This document shows, piece after piece, positions 1 through 11,821 of a stretch of DNA of 64,000 nt. The notes beneath the pieces were generated by a model. It did no database searches. It was not told the origin of the DNA and was given only the letters and a program-made list of their open reading frames with translations. Each line of letters starts with the position of its first letter. Positions within the stretch are counted from its first letter, which is position 1. Position numbers and translations under genes: made by a program. This stretch comes from Antedon mediterranea (taxonomy: Eukaryota > Animalia > Echinodermata). Location: contig NC_092677.1 of NCBI RefSeq assembly GCF_964355755.1, positions 3,680,101-3,744,100 on the forward strand, read 5' to 3'.

Positions 1-352
1 AAATATAAAAAGCATTATAAAAACTGCTATCAAGTGGTAATTAGATATACAATGTTTTTTGTTCATTTTTAGACATTTTTTGCCATTGACGGCCATTTTG
101 TTTAAAAAAACCTATTTCCCCTACCTGGACTTTTAGTATGTTCATATAGGGACCTTATAGAAATGCATTGTGGTGAAAAAAATTCTGTTGCAATTTTTTC
201 AACCTTTTACTGATTCTGAGCATATCTTTCCTGTACTATAACTTTCACAAGGCTTTAAATATCGAATGTAATATCAAAACAATCAATTTGTTTAAAGGTT
301 TTTGTTAAGATAATAAAAAAATTATAAAGTTACTGCGAACATGATTTTAAAC

Positions 353-445
353 AAATATGGTAGTGATGGCAACATGGCATCAACATGTCCATATATGGCC
401 ACATCACTTTTTTGTCACATAAAATTTGATAGTGTAGTCAGAGCT
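353..445. mobile_element. MITE family A (AGCTCTGTCTACAC TIR), partial copy
   Basis: Internal aaatatggtagtgat motif and right end tttgatagtgtagtcagagct shared with the other copies. Confidence 0.65.
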
Positions 446-738
446 TTAGATTCTGTAGTACTAGCTAGTAGTAGAGAGGGCTTGGCCCTAGACTAGGCCT
501 AGTTCTAGTCCACTGTCCTCCAGCTAGCTAGGTCCAGGCTAGGCGCATGTTATTTTATTGTTATGGAAGCTCAGCTGCTGAGGGTTCCGCGCGTGGTGTG
601 AAAGCTTGGTCTGTCTAGTTTTTAAAAGTAGGCGCTATGTATGTAATGTAATTAATAATAATACTGTCTGAACTATATTAATAACTTTATTTATACCTAT
701 TAATAATATTAATATTAATTATTTTTAGGACAGGAATC

Positions 739-1760
739 ATGGATGAACAGAATGAAAAAGAACCTGCTGTGCTAAGCCCCCTGGGAGGCCAAATGATTAA
801 AGTATGTCTCTATTCTTTCTGTTTATCGGTGGATCCAAGATGTTTGAAAAAGGTGCAGGGGCTTTCATCATAGAAAACAATAATAAACAAATCTTTGGAT
901 ACTAAGTTATTGCTTAATGAAGTTTTTAATAGTCTGATGACAACTGTCATACACTTCATACAATGTTGTACCCCAATATTGCCCATGCAAATATAAAAAT
1001 AAAATATTTTATTAAAAAAAAAAATTAAAAAAAACATTCAATAAGATTTTTAACATTACCGTATATTCATGTACATATAATTATCTTATAAGATAAGTTT
1101 CTGTATCTTTGTATAACAGTAATTTGTTATTTTTCAGAGATAGTGCTGAGACAGAGGCAGTGTCTGTATTAACAAGTTTAGGGCGTAAAAGAAATTCAAA
1201 TGTCAGTCTTTCACAGGATTCTCCCGATGAAACAGAAGATACGCAGCCAAAGACAAAAAGGTGATTCATTATTGGGGTTAATACTGTACTGTACTCCGAA
1301 AATTTAGTTTTCATAGAATTTAGTATCTCTGGAGGGGAGAGAGAGAGCTGGTTTTTATTAGAAACCGCGGGGAAAAAAGTGTTTAATTCTTAAGATCTGT
1401 CTAAACTTTCAAACTAGTTCGACAAAAAAAAAGTGTGATGTGCCCAAATATGGTAGTGATATGCCCAAATATGGTAGTGATATGACATCATGTTCACATG
1501 GTCACATCACATTTCTTCTGTCACAAAGTTTGATAGTATAGACAGAGCTTTAGACGTTTTGATTTCGAAGTACACAATCACACCGAGTAAGCTGGAAATC
1601 ATTTTTATCTTTATTAAGGTATTTGTTTTTATTTTAGAGATTTAATGTAAGCCTATTTCAAAATGACACAGAAATGCCTTATTTTCACAAAGGCAACTGC
1701 CGAAGAATGACCGCTCTCAACGTTGTGAATATATTGATAGAAAAACAACGCTTCACGTGT
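739..1760 (+). pseudogene. Truncated, frameshifted paralogue of the CG-1-like domain gene at 12987-14488
   Basis: Segments 730-801, 1138-1260 and 1638-1750 closely match the three exons of the 13-14.5 kb gene (MDEQNEKE.., DSAETEAVSVLTSLGRKRN.., MPYFHKGNC..). Exon 3 has a 1-nt deletion (agatttaatg vs agattcaaatg), exon 1 ends out of phase, and similarity stops near 1760. Confidence 0.8.
1393..1549. mobile_element. MITE family A copy
   Basis: Ends agatctgtctaaactttcaaact ... agtttgatagtatagacagagct; internal gcccaaatatggtagtgat repeats. Confidence 0.8.
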
Positions 1761-2505
1761 ATTTTGCATCTACAACTACAACAAGATATGATGAACGTTA
1801 AATATATATATTTTATAAGACCAGTTAAGATCAGATAAAATGGTTTAAATAGAAATTGTAGCTTTGTTTTCTTTTATTTATTATTAGTTTATGTATATTT
1901 TTTTTCTTTTTCGTATTCGTATTTAATGTTATATCTTGGGGTGGGTCTAACGTCAAAAGTCTTTCTGACTTATATGACCCTTCCCACATGATTACTTCAT
2001 TGTATTTATTATCCTGTATTTTATTATATTGTGGAAATAAATTGAAATTGAAATAAAACCTATCATGTGCTAAAATTGAAAGTGACGTTCCAATGGGATG
2101 TTTTAATAATTGTGCATAAATGAACGAAGGTTTCAATCCAACTACATTTTTTTTCTCTATTTGTGATATGTTATTCTGATACTGTAGTTCTTTAGAGATA
2201 TTTATCACAAAAATAAATTCTGTTCTAATTTTGTGTAGGTATAAGCCTACCCATTGACCGGACTATACGCCCAGTAGTAGTGGTACTACCATTTACTGGC
2301 AAATTGCCGTCTTTAGTGTCAGAGGACGGCATTTTTTTTTCTATTGCTAAGACCGCCAACCTAATATTTTTTTTAATGGTACGGTAATATACTTATGAGA
2401 TATATAAATATATATCATAATAGCCGGGTATAAAGGAAGATATCTGAACGAACAATAAATTGCAATGAGATCTGCCTGTCATTGTTGTCTCTGTTGCTGT
2501 CAATG

Positions 2506-3810
2506 TAGTATATTTTTTTGTTAAAGGATCCGCAGCTGCTGTATATTAGTCAAAACGCATTTCGTAATTAGTTTTGTCAATAGTCTTATGGCATCCTAGT
2601 CTATCAAACTGGCCTTTGTATTTCATTTATTTAATTTTGATTTCTCTACCAAATTTCTTTAAAGATGTAGGCCTTATTGTCCTTCAAAAACATGAAAAAT
2701 GAAGATAAATTTAAAAAAAAACCTTTTAAGCAATTTCGAAGTATTAATAAAGTTAATCACTTCTGTTTTCACTTATAAAAATACAAAATAAACGGTTAAA
2801 TTCAATCAAAAACACATTGACTTCCAGTCAATTGGACAATTTTTCGATTTCATTTACTGTTTTTGTTCGAGCGATGTGTAAACTGAACACGAGCGATGTA
2901 AACATAACACGAGCGATGTCTACATAACACGAGCGAGGTCAACTTGACATAGTTATGTCCGTCCTGGCGTGCCATACTATACACAGTGATTAATCGTCGC
3001 GGTGGTTTAATCAGTCGTAATCTTTCAACTGTAAATTTATTCAGTTTCTATAGAAACACTCGTTCGTATCTTTAACACTTGAAAGAATCGTTATTTTTAA
3101 CAAACACATTCATTCAAAAGAAGGAAATTGAGCTGATGAACCATGACGATTGAATCAAGGAGGTTTTGAATAATTCACTTTAAACCAAACTTTAAAAAAA
3201 AAAAATTTTGGTTTTTCATTTTTTTTTTGTTTTTATTTTTTATGTCGTATCCGTAAACTGTCTATTGTGCGTACGTGTTACCGAAAAATCTAATCTTCAT
3301 TTAAATGTATGTCTTATTTCTTTACACTTTTACAACGCATATATTCGCTTTGATTTGCACACCTAAATAAGAATGTATATTTTGTTGAGTAAAATTCAAC
3401 AATATGGTAAAACCAAATAAAGCCAAGCAACTATTAATGCGTTTTGGCATAATTGCCCGTTATAGCACTTAACATTCAACATGCATCAATTTGAAAAGAA
3501 AAGGAAAATTAATTATATATGATATTAGGTAGGTGCTATAATAAACAAGCGATTACATATATATCCTTTTCTAGGATTAGGCCTATGATTAGCAATTTCC
3601 TAACAGAGCATTGGTAGTATATTTTTTTTGTAAGGATCCGCAGCTGTAGGCCTATATTTGTCAAAACGCATTTCGTACGATTTAGTTTCTTTGTCAGTAG
3701 TCTTATGGCATCCTCTAGTCTATCAAACTGGCCTTTGTATTTTCTTAAATTTTGAATTTCTCTACCAGTTTTAGATGTATTTTCCGCCAAAAACATGAAA
3801 AATTAAGATT
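2506..3810. repeat. Dispersed direct duplication (about 2506-2710 vs 3613-3810)
   Basis: Shared blocks ggatccgcagctg, gtcaaaacgcatttcgta, tagtcttatggcatcct, tctatcaaactggcctttgtattt, aaaacatgaaaaat. Confidence 0.75.
2868..2949. repeat. Four tandem 20-22 bp units (cgagcgatgtnnacataaca)
   Basis: Units start at 2868, 2890, 2910 and 2930; possibly the subterminal repeats of a DNA transposon ending near 2977. Confidence 0.75.
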
Positions 3811-4894
3811 AACATTAATATAAAAAAAAAGACTTTGTTGTTGAACACTAACTTTATTTGTTTGTTCTGTAACGGTTACTCTAAGACAACCGTATTCGAT
3901 TTGAATTCTTCTGGAATCTTCTCGTCGTAAGCCTGAACTGAGGCCTATCAGCGCAACATCACAAATTAATGAAGTAATGTCAGGGGTTTACTTTCGGCAT
4001 AGAAGATTAAATTTGGTGTTCAATATAAATGGACATTTTTATTGAGCATAAAATAGATAATCTAAAATAATAGCAAAATAAAATATATTGTTATTAATTT
4101 CCTATTTAGCACTTTTCAAAAATATGTTATGTTTGTACATACCGTACACTTTTTAGGTACGTATATAAGATTTGAATATTATGCATTTTTGATCGGACGG
4201 GTAGCACCCAACCGCCCCGCCATGCACGTGACTATGTTTGAATGAAACGATTTTAAAACGTGTATACATTTAAAAAGACGAATGTCATGCCAGTTACCTA
4301 AAATTGCCCGGTTGGAAAACATTGTAAATGCTTATTAATATCTTCGAATCGATCCTCACAACAATTCACTAACCGTATAGAAGACTATTGGATTACTAAT
4401 TTTTAATTTTAAACATGATTTTAGCTGCTGCTCAAAATTATATAGGCCTATCCTCCTTTTAAGTAGTAGCTTCACATAGCAGTGGTCCTTTGTATCATTC
4501 ATTTGTTAAGCTAAACATATTTATATTAAACAAATTAACCACATCAATTTTGGTTCCATCAAAGAACCATTCAACCGGGCAAATTATGCCACAGGCACGG
4601 GCGCGCACAGGCATTGAACTGATTTTTGTTTGTTTTTTTAAATCGTCACCTTGCGTCATAACGTATTTGAAAGTTGATTGGCTACCGATTGTTCGACACT
4701 GTCTATATAATGGTGACACAGCGACGGGATTCAGTGTATGTACGCATATTCACAAAATCTAGTACCTTTAATTTTATATAAAGAAAAACAAGGAAAAAGA
4801 AATACAAAAGAGCGATGCCGCCGCGAGAGGCCGCCCGAGGAGGGGCGCAAGCCCCTAAACGGCTATATTGGGCCAAATTTTACTGTTAAGTTAT

Positions 4895-5566
4895 GTGATT
4901 ATTTTGCTAGACTTACAAAAACTAAATTTTTTATAACTATATCAGGTCCTAATTTGTGGAATCATATCCCACCAAATATCAAAACGTCAATATCATTATT
5001 TACTTTCCGAAAAAAGTTAAAGAATCATTATATATCTAAATATTATACTGCTTAGTTAATATGCTTATTATCATTATTTATACTCATATACTATTTGTGT
5101 CTTACACAAAATATTAGTTGTTGTTTATTATTGCAATCTTTAATCTATACTATATATAATGTATATATAGTATATACTATATATATACTGGAATTATAAT
5201 TTATGTATACATATTTTTTTTTCATTTACCAATATCGGTAGTTATTTCATTTATAATTAATATGAAACTATTGAAATATAATTTAAATAATTTTTATAAA
5301 GAAGATGTTAGTTATGTTATTATACTGTAATTTTTTATCCTAAATTATATAATTATATATTCTAGGTTATTTTTATTTTTTTAGTAATGTGTTTTGTTAT
5401 GGGTCCCTACGAGACAAGTTTTTAACTTCTAGAAGGGATCCATGATAATAATGACTACCAATTACTGCTTTATCTATGTTCACTTTAATATCTTTTTTCT
5501 ATTTTGTATATATTCATTCATTATTATCTAAATAAATATTATCTGAATCTAAATAAATATTATCTG
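4895..5566 (+). mobile_element. 5'-truncated LINE 3' end (CR1/L2/Crack group)
   Basis: C-terminal ORF2-type peptide ISGPNLWNHIPPNIKTSISLFTFRKKLKNHY*, then an AT-rich 3' UTR ending in repeated aataaatattatctga. Confidence 0.7.
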
Positions 5567-5569
5567 AAG

Positions 5570-6045
5570 ATCACACGAGCAATTGAGCATGCTGGTGAGA
5601 ATGTGAACGTCAATTTCATATTCACTTATTTAAAACCATTTCAAGATATGAAATTGTCGTCCTCTGGGAAGAAGTTATCGGCCAAGAATAACGGGGCACC
5701 TTCTTCTCTAGAGTCAGAAGCCTTGAGGTAAGACAACATTATTACTTCTGCTTTTAATATGTTTTTTTTTTGCTATGGAAACCTTCAAACAATAGCCCGT
5801 TTTCCATTCTCAATCATTTATACGGATCAGGTGCCGTTTTCAGCCACCTCGACTTATATGGACTATACCATTATAAAAAGATGGGAGAATAGGGGTGTCC
5901 CATTTATTAATTGAGTGTGTTAATGTGTTAAAATACTGCTGCTTTTGTTCTTTTGTTTAGTGCATTATGTTTCAGCAACAAAGCGAAAACAACTACGCCC
6001 TGCATGCTGTAGAATTAATTTCAGTTTTCAAGTTAATACAGTATA

Positions 6046-6081
<36 letters not shown>

Positions 6082-9000
6082 TTGTATAGCGCACATTTAT
6101 ACAACATTTAATATTATAATCAGCGGCGCTTCACATCAATTAGTATCGTAACATTCTTTGAAATATAGTGCTTTTAAATGTTTTTTAAACTGATTATAGT
6201 CGTCTAAGTGCTTAATGTGACTTGGTAATCTGTTCTAAATTTTGGGTCCTGCTACGGCGAATGAACGGTCAGCAAATGTCTTTCGTTTAGTTCGTGGGAT
6301 TGTCAGGTTATAATTGCTGGCGCTTGAACGAGTACGGCGAGAAACATTCCGGACAGTAAGAATATCTCTCAGGTAACTTGGAGCGGAACCTTTAAGCGAA
6401 AGCCATACAAGACACGCTATTTTGAATTGATATCTATGAGACATCGGAAGCCAGTGCAAGGATCGCATGGCGTTAGTTGCACTGTCATACCGACCTTTCC
6501 TGACAATTATTTTCGCAGCTTGGTGCAGTAACCTCTTCATTGGAGCAAGGGTATTAGCAGGTAGACCATAATACAATGCATTGGCGTAATCAATATGTGA
6601 CAGCACGAGCGATTGAACTAGTTGTTGGCAAAGGTCCTTGGAGAGAAATTTGCGGATTTGACGAATATAGTATAAATTAACAGCTATCGTTCTGCATTTA
6701 TCACGTATGTGGTTCTTGAAAGATAGCTGGTCGTCGATATTAACACCAAGGTATTTTACAGATGAACCACGTGGTATTCTGTCCTGACATACGATGATAT
6801 GATCTTTCTCGCATTTCAGGAGTTGAGCTCTGCTTCCCAATAGTATGAACTCTGTTTTTTCACTGTTCATTTTTAGTCTGTTGGACTTCATCCAGTCGTT
6901 GATGGATATGAGGCACTCTTGTAATTTGGTGATTGTATTTTCCATACTAGAACTAGAATTTGGATTAAATGAATCATACACTGAGTGATCATCGGCATAT
7001 CCCATCACAGAAATATCAAACTTACTGATATGATCTTGTAAAGTGCTGGCATAATTATATGGTGTATAGAACTGGACCGCATATACTACCCTGAGGTACA
7101 GAGAAGGACAAATTGGCTGTCTCCGAGTTACTTTCGCCGATTGTTACGTTGGCAAATCGAGGACGAAGGTAAGTATCAAACCAGTTCAATGCCGCATTGG
7201 CCACTCCGAATTTGTTCTGCAAAACGTCGAGGAGTACTTCGTGGTTCACTGTGTCGAAGGCGGCTGACAAGTCTATACATACCAGCGCAGACACCCTTTG
7301 CAGCTCCATATTCCAGAGTACGTCATTGGTTAACTTAAAGTGGAGCTCCACCCAGAAAATTACTATTTTTCATACATTTCAACTATTATTTAAAAATATC
7401 ATCCCTTATACTTCATATTTGTTTGAATTTTTTTTCAATGAGTACGATTTTCTTGAAAATCACGCCTTTTGGCGTTTTGGGGGGATACCTTGTAATTTCC
7501 TATTCTTTTACATGCAAAAGGGGGGTATATTTGAATAATCCTAAAAAATTCATTTCTTCACCAAAAAAAAAAAGTAAAATATCTATTAATGTAATTTTTC
7601 CAGATCTTTCTATTTCTGGTATTTTTATCACGTATACATTGCGCAATTTTGCGTAAATAGACACTTTCCCCCGTTCGTGTCCAATTGGGTTTTTTATTTT
7701 GCTAGGGAGTACGATCACGTGACATTTTTCACAATCACACTACTGCAGCTGCTGGCGATCTGTTATTTTGTCGCGATGTTATTTTTGACGGGCGAAAAGT
7801 ATTAAAACATTCTGAATGTGACCCTATTATGTTTCACAGTGTAATAATGTGATTATGAGACTATTACTAAAATGTCAAATTTAACGAGATTTGAGAAAGA
7901 CGTGGCTATAAATTCAATAAAGCTAGGCCTAGGCCTACTAGAGTGTAGGTATGTACCGATGCTGCTTGGCCTCTAGCTGGGCTAGGCTGACAGCAGTGAA
8001 GTTTGTTTTGCTGGCACCCGACCTTGGCCTACCCATGGGCCATGATAGGGTGCCTGAATAGTTGCTTTTCAGTCAGGTCTAAGCTTGCACATCTCTTTAC
8101 TACTCTTGTTCTGTATGCTATAGGATTTTGTGTTTCACAATTCTTAATGTGCGAGAAAACCCAGGAACGATAAATGGGGCGAAACGACCATGAATACATA
8201 GGCCTCTAGACAAAAATTCTAGGCTAGCTAGGCTGAGCTAGGCCATGGAGTATGGCTGGGCCTAGCCCTAGCTTAAAGTTAAAAAATCTTATTATTATGC
8301 TGTTGTTGTACAGTGAAAATCATGAGGTTACATGTAAATTAAATACTGACATTCTTATCGGAAATATTACTTAGGCCTAAACAAATCGTATTAATTGTGT
8401 GTATAAAATTTATTCCCCATTTTTCGACACACAATTTACCAAAGGGGAGACATTTCATCAATGCGTTGACCGGCGACTAAAACGCGTCAGTCGCTAAGTG
8501 TAACGCGTTTTGCGACGTATTGTAAACTAATAACCCCTAAGTTACTGAAAAACTGTAATGTGTTAAAAAACACTATTTCCTGACCGATTTTTTAGAAATG
8601 AGTTTTTGGAAAATATTTCCGTATTTTCCTGTTTTTTTTTATGTAATTACTTTCAATTAAACATACTTAAACATGATATAAGCTGAGAAAGTCTGAGTGT
8701 AGCTCCACTTTAACCAAAGCCGTCTCTGTGCTAAAACCTTACCGATAGGCAGATTGGTACGCCGGTAATAAGGTATTGTTTTCAACATAAGCTATATGAA
8801 TTGGTTCAAGCATGCGCGTTCAACCAGCTTGGATACGAAGGACAGATTGCTTACTGGCTTATAATTTCTGAGGATACATTCAACACCCTTCTTTTTTATA
8901 AGCGGTTTTATAACTGATATTTTCCATCTATGAGCAAATACGCCGTTACACAACGAGTTGTTGATCATCCTTGTAATAAGTGGTAGAAGTGTATCCAGAT

Positions 9001-11272
9001 GCTGTTTCACCAGTGTCGACGGTAGGGGGTCAGTGGAGCAGGTTGTTGGTTTTGCGCATAATGATCAACTTCCTAACATCATCTTCGCTAACTTCCTGAA
9101 ATGCAATAAATTCATTTGCCATTTGCCGTTCTTGTTCATACAAAGGGAAGTGTTCCAATTCCTCTCGTATTTTCTCTATTTTGCCCATAAAGTAAGATAT
9201 GAAGTCGTCTGCTAACTGTTTATCAGTTTCATGTGGTGGAAGTGGGTTATTTTTACGTCTACCAATGAGCTCAAACACGATCTTGTAAAGCTTTTTTGAG
9301 TTGTTGCCAGCTTCTTTGATAGCACCATTAATGAATTCGTACTTGGCTAAACAAAGATAACGTTTGTATGAATTGCGTATAGATCATTGTAAGCTGACCT
9401 ATTTTCGTCGGTGGCAGACTTCCGTAAGGTCTTCTCAGCACGACGAAGTTGCTTCTTCAACACATTAGCCTCGTCATCAAACCAAGGTAACGATCTTCTG
9501 ACAGTGGTAGTTTTCTCAACAATAGGAGCATGCTTATCCAGAGCAGCAAGTAGTTGAGTGTTGTAGTGATTTGCCAAATCGTCGATATCATCGATATTCG
9601 TTGATGATATAACTACTTGAGACAAAGCTTCATCAAAGTTCGTGTGATCTATTTTATTTATCTTTCGAAACTTTTGGCGGTAACATTTCGGTTTTGGTCT
9701 CGATAAAATAGTCTCTACAATATAATATAGCTATTATGGCTTTTTTTCTATATAATTTTTTAGGAATCCCTTCCCTAATACGGATATTAGGTGGATATTA
9801 TTGAATAATTTTTAAACTGATTTATTGTTTGTGTATCTACAATCGTTTCATTTATTTACATTTAACATTAAATGTATCAGGTCAGCAAAACAAAAATACA
9901 TAATATTATTATGTCTAATAATCTATTACCCGTTTGTTTCTGTATCTACAATCGTTTCATTTACATCAAGTAGGCCTAGTCGTAATTTACTATAGTACAG
10001 TCAAACAAGGTGATCAGTAAAACGAAAATACATATTATTATGTCCAATTAATCTATTACCCGTTTGTTTCTGTATCTACAATCTGACCATTTAATGACAC
10101 AAAATGAATAGCATCATTGAAGCGTATAGAAACTTTAATGGAAAATGAATCTTTCACTGAATAAATAACATCTCATCAACAGTCTTTTTAGTTTAATAAC
10201 ACATCAAAATTGTTAGGCCTATTTATAATCGGGTTAATTATTATATACTAGCACAAATGCCACGACATTTATGTCGATTATCGGAAATATTTCTGTTATG
10301 AAGAGCAATCAAACCGCTTTTTTGATTTGATAAAAATATTGTAAGGAATACGTGTGTAAAGCATGATAGAAGATCTCTTCTTATTAAAAATCAGAATGTA
10401 TTCTCCATTGCTGTATGGCTACATTGCTGTATTATGTAAACTTATTTAATTTATTAATTAATATCTTGGGATCAGATGGGTTAATGAATGTTTAATTCTA
10501 GTGCGTGTAAACATAGCCCCGGTATTTAACTCTTTTTTTATTGTAGCTTTGAAGTCCTACGGAGCTGTTTCGGTGCAAAATTTCGGGAAACCGAAACTGA
10601 AATAGAGTATTTCCCTGACGGAGGCTCCAAAGTTGACTTCACATGCAGTATAAATATCATCAAACTGGGTGTGTCGGTTACACGGAGTATAGAAAAAATG
10701 AGATTAAAGAACAAGAAAAGAAAGAACAAGATCAGAAAAGACTCTTTAAATATAGGCATAGATGATTATGAAACAACACTGACAAGGAAACTTAAGGGTA
10801 CGCACATTGCGTTTGAAAGTAACAACATTTTATTTAGAAACATTATTTATACCGTAGGCATATGCCTATTTACCGGTACCAAAACTATTTTGTATGTGTT
10901 TTGTATGTGGCCTAATTTCACACGCTGAAATTTCACTGTAAAAAAATGCTATATGCCTATATACTACTGCACATACTTTTTGTAATTTCATCACCGAAGT
11001 TGTGTTGCAGTTTTAACGAATAGGCCTAATATGTTCTATTTTTTTTTTATTCTGCAGAATTACAAAACGCAACAAAGAACGCGATGAAGCAATGGAACAA
11101 ATCGATCATGTTCGTCTGGGCAGAGTCTCCCCGAATTGCTGATTTAATTAATTCCGCATGGGAGAATATTAAGGAAGCTTTAAAAACTAATACTATTCTC
11201 ATTGTAGTTCTAGTTAAAGAGGAGCATTGCTCAATGTTTGATAATAATAAACGTAACAAGAAGACATCTTAA
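5570..11272 (+). CDS. Divergent AAC4-like protein (family of Dictyostelium AAC-rich mRNA clone AAC4), spliced, 5' end uncertain
   Basis: Exons 5570-5727, 10547-10797 and 11058-11272 join in frame via GT-AG introns (207 aa to stop): ..NNGAPSSLESEALS|FEVLRSCFGAKFRETETEIEYFPDGGSKVDFTC..LGVSVTR..TRKLK|ELQNATKNAMKQWNKSIMFVWAES..LKTNTILIV. The motif order matches the AAC4-like family as I recall it. A possible first exon is 4586-4735 (ATG to gtatgt, phase 0). Confidence 0.72.
6047..9720 (-). mobile_element. Degenerate 5'-truncated L2/CR1-group LINE (reverse transcriptase ORF2)
   Basis: Minus-strand motifs NYKPVSNL, QSAYR, STETALVK, DLSAAFDTV, SVPQGSICGP, GYADDH and ADRSFAVAGPKI; stops and frameshifts; 3' tail gcgctatacaag(taa)n at about 6047-6092. 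Confidence 0.92.
7339..8709. mobile_element. Non-autonomous TTAA-targeting DNA transposon (Kolobok-like) nested in the LINE
   Basis: TIRs agtggagctccacccaga / tctgagtgtagctccact, AG..CT termini, TTAA on both sides (7335-7338, 8710-8713). Excision restores ETALVKLTNDV in the RT frame. Confidence 0.88.
9831..10084. repeat. Imperfect tandem duplication
   Basis: tgtatctacaatc occurs three times; aatctattacccgtttgtttctgtatctacaatc occurs twice. Confidence 0.7.
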
Positions 11273-11285
11273 TTAACAGTAACAA

Positions 11286-11357
11286 GGAGGAGGAGGAGGA
11301 GGAGGAGGAGGGGGTGGCGGCGGTGCGGCGGCAGCGATAGTGGTGGGTGGGTGGTGA
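11286..11357 (+). repeat. (GGA)n / G-rich low-complexity tract just after the AAC4-like stop codon
   Basis: Run of gga triplets followed by ggc/ggt/gggt units. Confidence 0.8.
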
Positions 11358-11629
11358 TAATTTAAGATAAAAACATTTTTACAGGATATAAATGCTGATA
11401 AACTTAATATTATTAATAATATAGACAATTGTCACATGAGTATGTTTGAATAAATATTATCCTGTACAAATGAAAACGTGTGTAAAGTGAAACATTCAAG
11501 GGATACCACATTGCTGTCTGTGACTTTTCAACTTATACGGAAAAGAGTAAAATCATTTTTTGAGTTTATTATCTCACTTCAGTATGATTTGTGAATAGGC
11601 CTACTTTACAGCTACCATACACTTTAAAA

Positions 11630-11821
11630 ACAGCGGGTTTCTCGTATCTATATCTATATCCAGTTTCAGCTCGATCGGAGCAATTTGAAAATGTTGAGAT
11701 TTTACCTTGACATTGACGACCTAACGAACCAATTCCTTCCAAATCCGAGCTGTTGCACCCACCAAGTTTGAAAACCGTGCGACCGACACTGACACGCAAT
11801 TTTGCTTAATTATAGTAAGAT
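11630..11821 (-). mobile_element. Possible non-autonomous Helitron/Helentron-type element
   Basis: Minus strand begins atcttactataat, resembling Helitron-type 5' ends; the internal sequence is of the kind seen in such repeats; judged by eye only. Confidence 0.4.

Noticed and set aside
1-240. Right end of a DNA transposon at the window edge
   Set aside because: Looks repeat-like, but the matching end is outside the window, so TIR and TSD cannot be verified
1831-2208. 125-aa minus-strand ORF
   Set aside because: Very AT-rich, no recognisable motif and no supported splice partners; cannot be supported as a gene
6235-7351. Retron, group II intron or DGR reverse transcriptase
   Set aside because: The motifs, C-terminal region and (TAA)n tail are those of a decayed L2/CR1 LINE
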